In this document: piece after piece, positions 19,453 to 29,994 of the stretch | Position numbering within the stretch: position 1 is the first letter of the stretch | How the letters are laid out: each line of letters starts with the position of its first letter | Source of the DNA: Cyanobacteria bacterium P01_A01_bin.123 | GTDB lineage: Bacteria; Cyanobacteriota; Cyanobacteriia; Phormidesmidales; Phormidesmidaceae | Reading direction: 5' to 3' | Length of the DNA stretch: 64,000 bases | Assembly: GCA_039815185.1 (NCBI GenBank) | Contig: JBCBZT010000036.1 | Span: 1 to 64,000 of the forward strand | Notes under the pieces: generated by a model | Databases searched by the model: none | What the model saw: the letters and a program-made list of their open reading frames with translations, nothing else | Told to the model about the DNA's origin: nothing | Program-made: the position numbers and the translations under genes

Positions 19453-21015
19453 CGATCCAGCGGCCAGTGCTGGAATTAATCCCTTTGCCAGCGTTTTTGG
19501 ATCGACCCCCAGGGCGCTGCGATCGCGCGCCAGCCAACACCCCGCTTGTGCATGCCACCAACTGCCAACCAGGGCCGCTGAAAGGACACTATCTGCATCG
19601 CTTTGGGCCATTAATCCGCCTGTTAGCCCAGTCAGAACATCACCACTGCCGCCTCGGGCAAGCGCAGGGGTGCTGGCAGGGTTGATCCAGAGGGATTGAT
19701 TGGGGGAGGCGATCGCGCTTCTGGCTCCCTTCAACACCACAATCGCACTGCTATTTTTAGCGGCAGCCTGGGCCGCTGCCCCAGCATCGACCGCGTGCTC
19801 CAATAAAGTTGGGAAAAGGCGCTTAAATTCCCCGATATGAGGTGTTAGTACTGTCGGGGCAGGGCGAGACCTAAGGGTCTCAGCAGCCCCTAACTCAGCC
19901 AGCAAGTTCAGCCCATCAGCATCAAGCAACAGCGGTTTGGCAGTGTCTAGCACTTGATGCACCACACCCTTAACGTCACGAGTGAGTCCTGGCCCACAGG
20001 CGATCGCGTTGTATTTTTCCAAATTCAGCGCATTGGGCAACTGAGCGATCGCCCCTGAATCGGTCTCTTCACACCCCAAAACCAGGGCTTCGGGAAGCTG
20101 AGCGACCAGCCAAAGACGGAGGGATTCCGGCACGGCTATCGTCACCATGCCCACCCCACTAGCCCGAGTCCCCAACCCGGCTAGCAGTGCTGCGCCTGCA
20201 AACTGACGAGAGCCGCAAATCAGCAGCAGATGCCCCACTTTATATTTGTGGGTAGCTTGGCGGCGGGGTAGGGGCAGGCGCGATCGCACAGCTGCTGGGG
20301 TAATTCTCTGCACGAGTGGCTCTTGACCTAAAACTGCATGAATATCCGCTAGGGGAATATCAAAATCGATCAGCTCCGCATGCCCTAGAAAATCCAACGC
20401 ACAGTCTTGGACAAATGCCCGTTTCCACAACCCTAAACATAGGGTGCGGGTCGCTTGGATGGCCACACCCAGGGGTTGGCCTGTATCCGTGTGAATTCCA
20501 GACGGTAAATCAAGACTAACGACGGGTATAGCCCAGTCGTTTATGGTTTGCACTAAGGCTGCGATCGCCCCTTCAAGCGCACGGGTTAAGCCAAAGCCAA
20601 ACAACCCATCTACAATCAACGTACAGTCCGCTAGGTCATCCACCCTTTCAACGGTAGGTATACCAAGGCTAGTTGCGTACTGAGCGTGAGCAGCGGTTAA
20701 ATTCTTAAGTTTGTCCAGGGGACGGTAAAGGCGAATGTCATAGCCTTGCAAATACAGTTCCCGCGCGACCACCAAAGCATCGCCACCATTGTGGCCAGGG
20801 CCAACGATGATCCCCATGCGGAAAAACTGCGATCGCCCTTCAGAGTCGGTCTTTGGGCATCGTGGATAAAGCGCCATTAAACGTCGAGCGATCTGCCCCG
20901 CCACTTTTTCCATCAAGGCAGCCACAGGCATGCCAGCACCCAACAAGCGACCCTCAATTTGGCGCATTTGATCAGCACTCACTAAAAATCGCTCAATGGC
21001 TGGACGGGGCTTCAT
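19447..21015 (-). CDS. nnr: Bifunctional NAD(P)H-hydrate epimerase/dehydratase
   Basis: LMEKVA, GPGHNGGDALV, DLPSG; HKYKVG, DADGLN, LTPHIGEFKRL, LARGGSGDVLTG. Confidence 0.92.
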   Translation of the reverse strand: MKPRPAIERFLVSADQMRQIEGRLLGAGMPVAALMEKVAGQIARRLMALYPRCPKTDSEGRSQFFRMGIIVGPGHNGGDALVVARELYLQGYDIRLYRPLDKLKNLTAAHAQYATSLGIPTVERVDDLADCTLIVDGLFGFGLTRALEGAIAALVQTINDWAIPVVSLDLPSGIHTDTGQPLGVAIQATRTLCLGLWKRAFVQDCALDFLGHAELIDFDIPLADIHAVLGQEPLVQRITPAAVRSRLPLPRRQATHKYKVGHLLLICGSRQFAGAALLAGLGTRASGVGMVTIAVPESLRLWLVAQLPEALVLGCEETDSGAIAQLPNALNLEKYNAIACGPGLTRDVKGVVHQVLDTAKPLLLDADGLNLLAELGAAETLRSRPAPTVLTPHIGEFKRLFPTLLEHAVDAGAAAQAAAKNSSAIVVLKGARSAIASPNQSLWINPASTPALARGGSGDVLTGLTGGLMAQSDADSVLSAALVGSWWHAQAGCWLARDRSALGVDPKTLAKGLIPALAAGSL

Positions 21016-21117
21016 GGCAAGATCCAGTGCTAAGGGCATAAAGGGGCGACAAACCCCTCCTTCCTCTCTTGATTTGGCACTCCAAGCCGCCTATCATGGC
21101 TGGCTCAGCGATTATTG

Positions 21118-22110
21118 TTAGCGCTGAAAATGAACCCGTGCATCCATCCCGAAGCCGTTCAGATACTGATTCCATTCGTTTGCCTCGCCGCGATTGCTAA
21201 AAGGCCCCACCGCCACATGGGGACCAAAGGGCACTGTGCGCGTTTGCACGAGATTAGAAGAAACCCCCATGTCAACAATCTGGTTACGCAGAACCGATGC
21301 CGTCTGGTGTCCCGACGGCACGATCACGTAATAGGCTGAACTCCCAGCCCTTGCATTCGAGCCCGCAGCAGCAGTCGCATTGGGCGGCGGTGGTAGCGCA
21401 TTATTGGGAGACTGGCCAAATTCCACACTATTATCAGGCACCGCTACGACTGGAATCGGCACCGAACCACTGCTTGAGGCTGAAGAATTGGGCGGTGGTG
21501 GCACACTGGAAAATGCATAAGTCGAGCTCACCGCTCGCTGCACTGATGTGATATCAGCCCCGATCCCAGAATTGGCTAACCGCTGCACCTGCTCCCTAGC
21601 ATTTTGTTCAGAGTTGTATAGTCCAGCTTGGATCACCGAGCGACCGTTGTATTGCTGACGAAAAGCATCCGGTTGAACCAGCCGGACCTGATCCAGCAAC
21701 AGTGGGCTGTTGCCATTGACATACACCATGTAACGTTGGGCTATCGTTCCTGCACCAGGATTGGATACGTTAACCGATGGCAGGCTAGACCCCTCAACAT
21801 CAGGTAAGGGGGGTAGGGATTGCGCGAGATGGGTTATGTCTGGTTCAGAAACTGCTCGGGCAATGGTAGGCGCCAGCAGCAATGGGGTTGCCGTTAAACA
21901 CAATAGGGACAGCAAACTTGATAGAGATAGTTTGCGTTGTAAGGGATGATCAAAAGCAAGGCCGTTCCTGAGGAATACCTTTAAGCAGATTTGACGGGGC
22001 CGCACTTGACATCTCTCACCTTGAGATAACTGTGACCATAACGACGAATATTGGGGGCTAAGCTTGGGAGGCACCATACCTGACTCCAACTCCAGATAGC
22101 TGGGGAACAA
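21118..22110 (-). CDS. Secreted SPOR-like domain protein (start uncertain)
   Basis: Signal-like segment, YMVYVNG..IQAGLY and [19 protein letters not shown] motifs. Confidence 0.65.
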   Translation of the reverse strand: MFPSYLELESGMVPPKLSPQYSSLWSQLSQGERCQVRPRQICLKVFLRNGLAFDHPLQRKLSLSSLLSLLCLTATPLLLAPTIARAVSEPDITHLAQSLPPLPDVEGSSLPSVNVSNPGAGTIAQRYMVYVNGNSPLLLDQVRLVQPDAFRQQYNGRSVIQAGLYNSEQNAREQVQRLANSGIGADITSVQRAVSSTYAFSSVPPPPNSSASSSGSVPIPVVAVPDNSVEFGQSPNNALPPPPNATAAAGSNARAGSSAYYVIVPSGHQTASVLRNQIVDMGVSSNLVQTRTVPFGPHVAVGPFSNRGEANEWNQYLNGFGMDARVHFQR

Positions 22111-22262
22111 TTAGATCTAAAAACCAACGAAAACGGTTAAAACTGAGAAACCACAAAAGTAAGCTGGGCGGCGCTCCAGGCTTTTATCCGAGTTCGCTAG
22201 CAAATGTTAACGTAAGAATAATGGCAATTTTGCAAAGAAGTTCAAAGTTAGCAGACAAAACA

Positions 22263-23363
22263 ATGGGCAAAATTGTAGTTGGTCTTTCTGGTGGGGTAGA
22301 TAGCTCTGTCGCAGCAGCAGCGCTACACCATCAAGGCTATGAGGTGGTTGGGCTGACCCTTTGGTTGATGAAAGGGAAAGGGCAGTGCTGCTCTGAAGGC
22401 ATGGTAGATGCCGCCCAGCTTTGTGAAGATTTGGGGATTGACTATCATGTTGTCGATAGTCGAGATGTGTTTGAACGCAACATCGTTGATTATCTTGTGT
22501 CAGGTTATGGCTCTGGGATAACGCCGCTACCCTGTTCTCAATGCAACCGAACCGTAAAATTTGCGCCGATGTGGCAATACGCCCGTGAAGAACTAGGGGC
22601 CGATCAAATCGCGACGGGCCACTATGCTCGCATCACTCGAGATCCAAAGACTGGCCGTTATGAACTGCGCCGTGCAGTTGATCGCAGCAAAGATCAGTCC
22701 TACTTTCTTTATGACCTAACCCAGGATTCTCTGGCGGCGACTCGGTTTCCGCTGGGGGAACAAACCAAAACTGAAACGCGACGCATGGCGGCAGAACTGG
22801 GTCTGCATACGGCAGAAAAACCAGAAAGTCAGGATCTGTGTCTGATCGAACAGCATGGGTCGATGCAGGCTTTTTTAGACAAGTATCTAGGCCCTAAACC
22901 AGGCGATATTGTAGACACTACAGGGCATGTCTTGGGTCAACATAGTGGCATTCACCACTACACCATTGGTCAACGCAAAGGGTTAGGCATTGCAGCCCCC
23001 CATCCCCTTTATGTCGTGGCCATTGACGCGGGTCGCAACCAGGTGGTTGTAGGCGATCGCGACAACGTCCATCAAGCGGATTGCAACGTTCACCGAGTCA
23101 ATTGGGTTGCCATAGCCCCACCAACTCACCCTATTCGAGCCATGGTGCAGGTGCGTTACCGTTCCCCCGCTGTGCCAGCAACAGTGCTGCCTTTGGCAAC
23201 AAAGACGGATCAAGGGCCGCTAGCCGAAGCAGGCGTTGTTCGGGTGCGCATTGTTTTTGACGACCCGCAGTTTGCCATTACCCCTGGTCAAGCAGCAGTT
23301 TGGTATGACGGCGATCGTGTGCTAGGCGGTGGGGTGATTGAATCTGATGTGCCAAGTTCATAA
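22263..23363 (+). CDS. mnmA: tRNA 2-thiouridylase
   Basis: SGGVDSS, PCSQCN, ATGHYA, KDQSYFL, ESQDLC, TIGQRKG, TPGQAAV. Confidence 0.96.
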   Translation: MGKIVVGLSGGVDSSVAAAALHHQGYEVVGLTLWLMKGKGQCCSEGMVDAAQLCEDLGIDYHVVDSRDVFERNIVDYLVSGYGSGITPLPCSQCNRTVKFAPMWQYAREELGADQIATGHYARITRDPKTGRYELRRAVDRSKDQSYFLYDLTQDSLAATRFPLGEQTKTETRRMAAELGLHTAEKPESQDLCLIEQHGSMQAFLDKYLGPKPGDIVDTTGHVLGQHSGIHHYTIGQRKGLGIAAPHPLYVVAIDAGRNQVVVGDRDNVHQADCNVHRVNWVAIAPPTHPIRAMVQVRYRSPAVPATVLPLATKTDQGPLAEAGVVRVRIVFDDPQFAITPGQAAVWYDGDRVLGGGVIESDVPSS

Positions 23364-23585
23364 CTTATACGGATGCACTCAGACAAGCCTTGAAACCTTT
23401 AGCTGAGCCTGTAGATCGGCAATCACATAGCACAATTCTGATGAGGTGAATGTAATAATTTGCTGAAGTCTGTTGTGCCGCTGATGTCTCAGACTCCCCT
23501 TTGTCGGTACAGTAGTGTCGTGGCAATCTACCTAACTTCACATTGTCGCGTAGAAAGAAAACAGTTAGGAAGGTATCTGAATCCT

Positions 23586-24749
23586 ATGAAAGATGGTATT
23601 GCTCCCCACGGTGGGACGTTAATTAACCGCTTGGCTAGTCCAGCGCAGGTTGAAGAGTTTCAATCAAAAGCCCAGGAATTGCCCCGCGTCACTTTAGATG
23701 ACCGGGCTTTTTCCGATCTAGTCATGATCGCCATTGGTGGCTTTAGCCCACTCGAAGGCTTTATGGGGCAGGCAGACTATGAGCCCGTTGTTACCGATAT
23801 GCGACTGGCCAGCGGCTTGCCTTGGGCTGTTCCGGTGACGTTGTCAGTTACTGAAGCAGTGGCAGAACCTCTAAAAGAAGGGACTTTAGTCCGCTTAGAT
23901 GATCCAACAGGGCGATTTGTCGGGGTCTTAGAACTGACTGAGAAATATACTTACGACAAGAAAAAGGAAGCGATTAACGTCTATCGGACCGACGAAGACA
24001 AGCACCCTGGGGTCAAGGTCGTCTACGACCAAGGCAACATCAACTTGGCTGGCCCAATTTGGCTGCTGCTGCGTGATCCCCATCCCCTGTTCCCGAAATA
24101 TCAGATCGATCCGGCGGCTTCTCGAGAAATGTTTCGCGATCGCGGCTGGAAAACCGTCGTTGGTTTCCAAACGCGTAACCCGATTCACCGGGCCCACGAA
24201 TATATTCAAAAATGTGCTCTAGAGACCGTTGATGGTCTGTTCTTGCATCCACTTGTTGGTGCAACCAAGAGCGATGACATTCCGGCAGATGTCAGAATGC
24301 GCTGCTACGAAATCATGATGGAGCACTATTTCCCGCAAGATCGGGTGATTCTAGCGATTAACCCCTCAGCAATGCGGTACGCTGGCCCTAGGGAAGCAAT
24401 TTTCCACGCCCTGATTCGGAAGAATTATGGCTGTACTCACTTCATCGTGGGTCGTGACCATGCTGGTGTGGGTGACTACTACGGCACCTATGATGCCCAG
24501 CACATTTTTGATGAGTTTATGCCCGGCGAACTCGGCATTACACCCATGAAGTTTGAGCACGCTTTTTACTGCAAGCGGACAAGCACCATGGCCACTACTA
24601 AAACGAGTCCCAGTAAACCTGAAGAAAGGGTTCACCTGTCAGGGACTAAGGTGAGAGGAATGTTGCGTGAGGGTAAATTGCCCCCACCAGAGTTCTCTCG
24701 CCCTGAGGTGGCCGCTGAGTTGGCTCGGGCGATGCAAGTTCCCCAATAG
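23586..24749 (+). CDS. sat: Sulfate adenylyltransferase
   Basis: [36 protein letters not shown]. Confidence 0.96.
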   Translation: MKDGIAPHGGTLINRLASPAQVEEFQSKAQELPRVTLDDRAFSDLVMIAIGGFSPLEGFMGQADYEPVVTDMRLASGLPWAVPVTLSVTEAVAEPLKEGTLVRLDDPTGRFVGVLELTEKYTYDKKKEAINVYRTDEDKHPGVKVVYDQGNINLAGPIWLLLRDPHPLFPKYQIDPAASREMFRDRGWKTVVGFQTRNPIHRAHEYIQKCALETVDGLFLHPLVGATKSDDIPADVRMRCYEIMMEHYFPQDRVILAINPSAMRYAGPREAIFHALIRKNYGCTHFIVGRDHAGVGDYYGTYDAQHIFDEFMPGELGITPMKFEHAFYCKRTSTMATTKTSPSKPEERVHLSGTKVRGMLREGKLPPPEFSRPEVAAELARAMQVPQ

Positions 24750-24755
24750 GGCCGA

Positions 24756-24788
24756 GCCAGTCAAGCTGCCGAAGGCAGTTTGACTGGC
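24756..24788 (+). terminator. Stem-loop after sat
   Basis: gccagtcaagctgcc-gaa-ggcagtttgactggc. Confidence 0.6.
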
Positions 24789-24832
24789 AAATACTCTATA
24801 ACCAACACGTCTAAAAGGAAACGTAAACCCCC

Positions 24833-27259
24833 GTGGGATCGAACCGACGAGTATTTTTACAGCAAGCGGGACTGCTTCTCAGTGCTTTGGGCCTAAGTGA
24901 AGCAGGGTTGTTGGGTTTGGCCGGACGCTATCAGCAGGCATTAGCACAACCGACTCGGCGAAAGCTGGCATTGCTCGTTGGCATTAATCGCTATCCTAGG
25001 GGGGTTTGCGATTTGGTGTCTCCAGCTCAAAACGTGGGCTTAAAGGGGGCGCTTACCGATGTTGAACTCCAGCGAGAGCTTCTGATTACGCGCTTTGGAT
25101 TTAGCCCCAGCGACATTGTGACGCTGGTTGATGGTGCCGCAACGCGACAAGGCATTACTGATACCTTTATCCACCACCTCGGCAATCAGGCCAGTGCCGA
25201 TGATGTGGTGTTGTTTCACTTTAGCGGCTATGGCAGTCAGTTCAAGTTAATGGGGGCTGATAGCTCAGTTACCACAAGCCTAGTGCCCGTCGATGGCAAA
25301 TTGCCTACGGAAGACGCCCCCGCCGTCAATGATTTATTAATGGATACGGTGCGCTTGCTGCTGCAGTCTCTCAAGACGAACCAAGTGACGACGCTCTTCG
25401 ACTGTGGCAGCGCCGATTTGGGGCAGTTGAATTGGGGGAGCTTAAAGCTGCGATCGCGGCCCAATGTTCCCACCGGTGATATCAGTCCTGTGGTGACAGA
25501 CTTGCAAGCTACGCTAATCAACCGCATCAAGGCCAGTAAAGGAGACATGGTCAAACCCCTCATTGGGGCATCCTCAGGGCCGTTACCAGGAATCGCGCTC
25601 CAGGCTGCGACACCCAATCAAATTGTCGTAGAAGGTGCCTGGAAAGGCTTTAACGCCGGGGTCTTTACCTACACGCTGACCCAGCAGCTTTGGAGTTTGG
25701 TACCCCCAGCTACGCTACGCTTTGCGCTCGGGCGCGCTACGGAAACGGTACAACTGATTAGCGGCTTAGCCCAACAACCTCAAATTCAGGGCCAACGGCA
25801 GGGTGAAAATTCGCTCAACCCTTACAATCTGCCTTTATCGGCTGATACTGCTGCTGACGGCGTGATTACTGAGATTACTGATGATGGCAAGCGCTGCAAA
25901 CTTTGGTTGGGGGGTATTTCAGCGGCTGTTTTGGAGTATTACGGCAACCAATCCTGGCTATCCGTCAGTGCCAGCACCGCAGCAGCCAAGCTGGCAAACA
26001 CCAAAGCTAATGATCCGGCTGAAGCCACAACCAACAGCCCAGCAAATCAGGAACCAGAAAGCCAGGGCGATCCACCCCTACCGTTACTCAAGATTCAGTC
26101 ACGCGACGGGTTGATCGCCCAAGCCAGCTTACAGTCTGGCCAACCTATTGCCTTGCAGGTCGGCCAAACTGTCTATGAAACCAGCCGCGTCTTGCCACAC
26201 AATGTGGATTTAGTCGTGGCTTTAGACAATAACCTCGAACGCATCGAACGGGTCGATGCCACCAGTGCCCTATCGGGTATTCCCTTTGTTTCATCGATTT
26301 TGGCGGGAGAACAACCCGCAGACTGTCTCTTCGGCCACATTGTTCAGGAAGAATCAGCCACCTTAACGGCAGTATTGCCGAGCCAAACTCGTACTGATGT
26401 GGGTCTGTCTTTGACCAAAGCTAGCTCCCAAGACGAAGCCTTAAATCTGGGCTATGGACTATTTTCACCCAGTCGGGAACTGATCCCAGGTACGATGGCC
26501 AAAGAAGAAGAAGCGATCAAAACTGCGATTAGTCGAATCACACCTCAACTTCAAGTTTTGCTGGCGACTAAGCGATTACGCATGACGAAGAATCAAAGCT
26601 CTTCCCAGTTAGCCGTCCGTGCCAGTTTAGAGTTGACTGATCCCCAAGAGCGATTGGTCATGCAGCAAGAAACGGTGCGATCGCCACAGACTTTACCCAA
26701 AAGTCGACTGGCGTCCTTATTCACCAATGGGGAACGTGCTACTCAGGTTCCTGCGGGTGGGCGCCTCCGCTATCGATTAGCCAATTTTGGCGATCGCCCC
26801 TTGTACTACACGCTGATTAGCTTTGATGGTCGTGGTCGAGCCTTAGCCCTCTACCCCAACGGCATTGTTGACAACAGCGGGGACGAGGAAATTATCAAAG
26901 CTGCCGCCCGAGAGAATAAAATTGACCCTGGCGATATTCAAGTCATGCCTCAATCTGGCATCGACTGGATTGCTGATGCTTCCAGCAATTGGGTTGAAAC
27001 CCATCTGGTTTTTAGCATTCAACCGCTCTATCAAACCTTCAATGCCCTTTGGCAGGCGATGAAAACCAGCGGTAACGGGGGACGAATTACCCCATTAACT
27101 CAGCCTTTAGAGATTACCCAAGCGGTTTTGAGTGATTTACAACAGGCTAGCTTGTCTCTCAGTGGAGACAGCGTCCCCCAAGACATTTATCGCTTCGATG
27201 TCAAAGCTTGGACGAATTTGAGTTTTGTCTACGAAATCATCCAAAATTCGGATCCGTAG
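24833..27259 (+). CDS. Caspase-like (C14) domain protein with Tat signal; probable pseudo-orthocaspase
   Basis: NRRVFL Tat motif; RKLALLVGINRY; FHFSGYG (His replaced by Tyr); LERIERVDATSA. Confidence 0.85.
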   Translation: MGSNRRVFLQQAGLLLSALGLSEAGLLGLAGRYQQALAQPTRRKLALLVGINRYPRGVCDLVSPAQNVGLKGALTDVELQRELLITRFGFSPSDIVTLVDGAATRQGITDTFIHHLGNQASADDVVLFHFSGYGSQFKLMGADSSVTTSLVPVDGKLPTEDAPAVNDLLMDTVRLLLQSLKTNQVTTLFDCGSADLGQLNWGSLKLRSRPNVPTGDISPVVTDLQATLINRIKASKGDMVKPLIGASSGPLPGIALQAATPNQIVVEGAWKGFNAGVFTYTLTQQLWSLVPPATLRFALGRATETVQLISGLAQQPQIQGQRQGENSLNPYNLPLSADTAADGVITEITDDGKRCKLWLGGISAAVLEYYGNQSWLSVSASTAAAKLANTKANDPAEATTNSPANQEPESQGDPPLPLLKIQSRDGLIAQASLQSGQPIALQVGQTVYETSRVLPHNVDLVVALDNNLERIERVDATSALSGIPFVSSILAGEQPADCLFGHIVQEESATLTAVLPSQTRTDVGLSLTKASSQDEALNLGYGLFSPSRELIPGTMAKEEEAIKTAISRITPQLQVLLATKRLRMTKNQSSSQLAVRASLELTDPQERLVMQQETVRSPQTLPKSRLASLFTNGERATQVPAGGRLRYRLANFGDRPLYYTLISFDGRGRALALYPNGIVDNSGDEEIIKAAARENKIDPGDIQVMPQSGIDWIADASSNWVETHLVFSIQPLYQTFNALWQAMKTSGNGGRITPLTQPLEITQAVLSDLQQASLSLSGDSVPQDIYRFDVKAWTNLSFVYEIIQNSDP

Positions 27260-27442
27260 TTGGCCATGTTTACCCGAGCGTTATTTGAATGCAGGGGGGT
27301 GGCAATGGCTTATCGTTGACGTCTTCATGTCAAATTGGCTTAGATTATCCGGAATGAATGGGGCTTAGCGGTAAAAGGCGTAAGCAACTTTGAAGATGCA
27401 GATGGCGGGGATTGACAGCGGGAGACGTGAGCTAAATATCAG

Positions 27443-28345
27443 ATGAGAAGACTCAACATTTGCCCCCCAGCCTTGCTACGTGGAATGGGAATGGCCGCAA
27501 CTGTAATAGCGCTTGTCGGTTGGGGGAATTGGAGCAGCGCAAAAGCGGCGACTGCTCAACCTGTAGCCTTGAAGCCAGTTAATATTGAGAATGCAGGGCC
27601 TGCCCGGGTTGACTTGCTTGACTCGAGATTCTGTCCTAGCGATTTGGAAGTGGCGATCGCCTCAATTATCAATAACGCTCGATTTGACAGTGCCCGTTGG
27701 GGCATCTCAATTGAGTCGCTTTCTGACCAAACGGCGCTTTATCGGCACAACTCAGACACGTCCCTAATTCCCGCTTCTAATATCAAACTCTTGACAACGG
27801 CAGCGGCATTACAAATTGTCAGCGATCGCAGCCCCCAGGATCTCTTCAATCTTGAAAGCTGGATCACGGTGGTCAATCGCGATAGCCACAATGCCTACGC
27901 CGATGATCTACTACGCCGAGTGGGCGGGCAACATGCGGTTCAGCAAGCCCTCACCCCCCTGGGCATTGACCCTGATAGTTACGAACAGGTCGATGGTTCG
28001 GGGTTGTCCCGCCAGAATCGAGCAACCCCAACAGCATTCGTAACCCTGTTGAAAAGTATGCACGCCCATAATGAGCGTGATTTGTTTTATCGCTCTTTAC
28101 CTGTGGCCGGCGTCAGCGGTACATTGCGAAATCGCTTTCGAGCCACATCTATTCAGGGTAGACTCCACGCCAAGACGGGTACGCTTCGCGGGGTGCGGGC
28201 ATTGTCAGGTTATTTGGAAACGCCAAACTACGGCACGGTTGCGCTTAGCATCCTAATTAATCAGTCGGGGCAATCAGGACAGGTGATGCTTGGCGCAATT
28301 GACCAGATTGTGCAGCAAACAGCCCGTGTGGCACCCTGCGATTGA
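27443..28345 (+). CDS. dacB: D-Ala-D-Ala carboxypeptidase (PBP4/S13, short form)
   Basis: PASNIK (SxxK), SHN (SxN), DGSGLSR, AKTGT. Confidence 0.88.
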   Translation: MRRLNICPPALLRGMGMAATVIALVGWGNWSSAKAATAQPVALKPVNIENAGPARVDLLDSRFCPSDLEVAIASIINNARFDSARWGISIESLSDQTALYRHNSDTSLIPASNIKLLTTAAALQIVSDRSPQDLFNLESWITVVNRDSHNAYADDLLRRVGGQHAVQQALTPLGIDPDSYEQVDGSGLSRQNRATPTAFVTLLKSMHAHNERDLFYRSLPVAGVSGTLRNRFRATSIQGRLHAKTGTLRGVRALSGYLETPNYGTVALSILINQSGQSGQVMLGAIDQIVQQTARVAPCD

Positions 28346-28387
28346 ACAGAAGAGTATGCATTTCTGCCTAGCCCCAACTATTCCCAA

Positions 28388-28846
28388 CTATTGAGGAGCC
28401 ACTCGCAAATTAATTGTGGCGGTCACCTCAGCATGGAGCTTGATGTCAATCCGGTATTCGCCAAGCTGGTTGATGTGGGGTACCGAGATATCGCGGCTGT
28501 CGATTTCCTTACCCGTGTTGGTTTGAATCACTTCAGCCACTTCGCTAGCCGTAACCGTACCAAAGATGGCATCCCCTTCACCCGCCTGCTTTTTGACCGT
28601 AAACATGCCGATGGTGCTCAGGGCAGTTTTCATGGATTCAGCTTCTTGCTTAATGGCGAGCAGACGCTGCCGCTCTGCTTCGCGACGACGCTCCACTTGC
28701 TTCAAAATGCCTGGGGTCGTCCGAACCGCCATGCCTTGGGGAATCAGGTAGTTGCGGGCATAACCGGGGGCAACCTCAACCAAATCACCAGATTTGCCAA
28801 GCTTACGGATATCTTCGTTGAGCACTAACTGGATGCGCTTTGCCAT
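28388..28846 (-). CDS. rplI: 50S ribosomal protein L9
   Basis: [33 protein letters not shown]. Confidence 0.97.
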   Translation of the reverse strand: MAKRIQLVLNEDIRKLGKSGDLVEVAPGYARNYLIPQGMAVRTTPGILKQVERRREAERQRLLAIKQEAESMKTALSTIGMFTVKKQAGEGDAIFGTVTASEVAEVIQTNTGKEIDSRDISVPHINQLGEYRIDIKLHAEVTATINLRVAPQ

Positions 28847-29095
28847 AGTCTTCAGTATTGTTTCTTTAGTCTTCTTTGGGATGAGCGTCGTCTATAAGAG
28901 CAAGTTTGAAATAAAGCCCAGTTGTTTAATCTATCAAATTAGATAGGGACGCGCAATCTTCGAGAAGAGCCAATTTGCCTATCTCTGGGATACAGCACAT
29001 ATGGCATTCGATGTCGAAAGAGAAGAGCAGGAAGGGCTGATTGTTCGCTTAACCGCTAAGCTAAACTCTAGAAACCTGCTCCAACGCGGATTGAG

Positions 29096-29920
29096 ATGAC
29101 TCCAACTGGCTATCAACCCCAATCCATCGATACCAGCATCGAGGCGGATCAGCTCCTCTTTACGCTGCTGCGGCAGCGGAGCAATGCGGATCGGCTACTG
29201 ATGGCGATCGCCCAGCATGAAGGGTTCCGGGCGTTGTTTTTGGCTGGGTTACGCAAACGCTTCAACCAACTGACGCCAAAAATTGTGGCGACAGCTTTCC
29301 TCAAAGCAGATTACCCAGACGCCTTCACCCCATTCGGCAATGAGATGACCTGGATTCAAGATTCCATTGGGCTTGCCCTCCAGTTGCACGAAGTATTTGA
29401 GGCATTAGAGATCCCTTACTACGTGACAGGTGGCGTTGCGGCCATCAACTACGGCGAATATCGTACCACCACAGATGTGGACATCGTCCTGAGCGTATCG
29501 GCAGATGATATTCGCCAACTGGCCACTGATCTAGCGCAAATCGGGTTCTATGTCCCTGGCGTTGAAGATGCTGTATCAGGGCGCATGAGGACGCTTCAAA
29601 TCACCCATATGGAGACAATCGCTAGGGCTGATTTAGTTGTCGCCGGGGATGAAGCGTTCGACATCGCTAAATTTCAGCGACGCCAGGTTACCAAAATTCC
29701 TGGTCGGGGTAGCCTCTATTTTGCTTCACCAGAAGATGTGGTGCTCAACAAGTTGAGGTGGCGGCAACGGGGGCAGTCCGAAAAGCAATGGCGGGATGTC
29801 CTTGGTGTCCTCAAGGTGCAGTCAACTGCTCTCGACATCAACTATCTACAGGAATGGGCTGAAAGATTAGGCCTCAGTACTGATCTGGCAACAGCAATGC
29901 AACAAGCAGGATTGAGCTAA
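29096..29920 (+). CDS. Nucleotidyltransferase-fold protein with N-terminal helical extension (TA-like)
   Basis: YYVTGGVAA..YGEYRTTTDVDIV (G-G/DxD), SPEDVVLNKL, SEKQWRDV, YLQEWA. Confidence 0.7.
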   Translation: MTPTGYQPQSIDTSIEADQLLFTLLRQRSNADRLLMAIAQHEGFRALFLAGLRKRFNQLTPKIVATAFLKADYPDAFTPFGNEMTWIQDSIGLALQLHEVFEALEIPYYVTGGVAAINYGEYRTTTDVDIVLSVSADDIRQLATDLAQIGFYVPGVEDAVSGRMRTLQITHMETIARADLVVAGDEAFDIAKFQRRQVTKIPGRGSLYFASPEDVVLNKLRWRQRGQSEKQWRDVLGVLKVQSTALDINYLQEWAERLGLSTDLATAMQQAGLS

Positions 29921-29994
29921 CCACTCCAGGCCACTATCCCCTCACCAAATTGTGGCTCACCAATTCTTGAGCTTTGGGTAACGGATAATGGCGT

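Noticed and set aside
27443..28345. Short DacB as a pseudogene
   Set aside because: All three catalytic motifs are present; only the accessory domains are absent.
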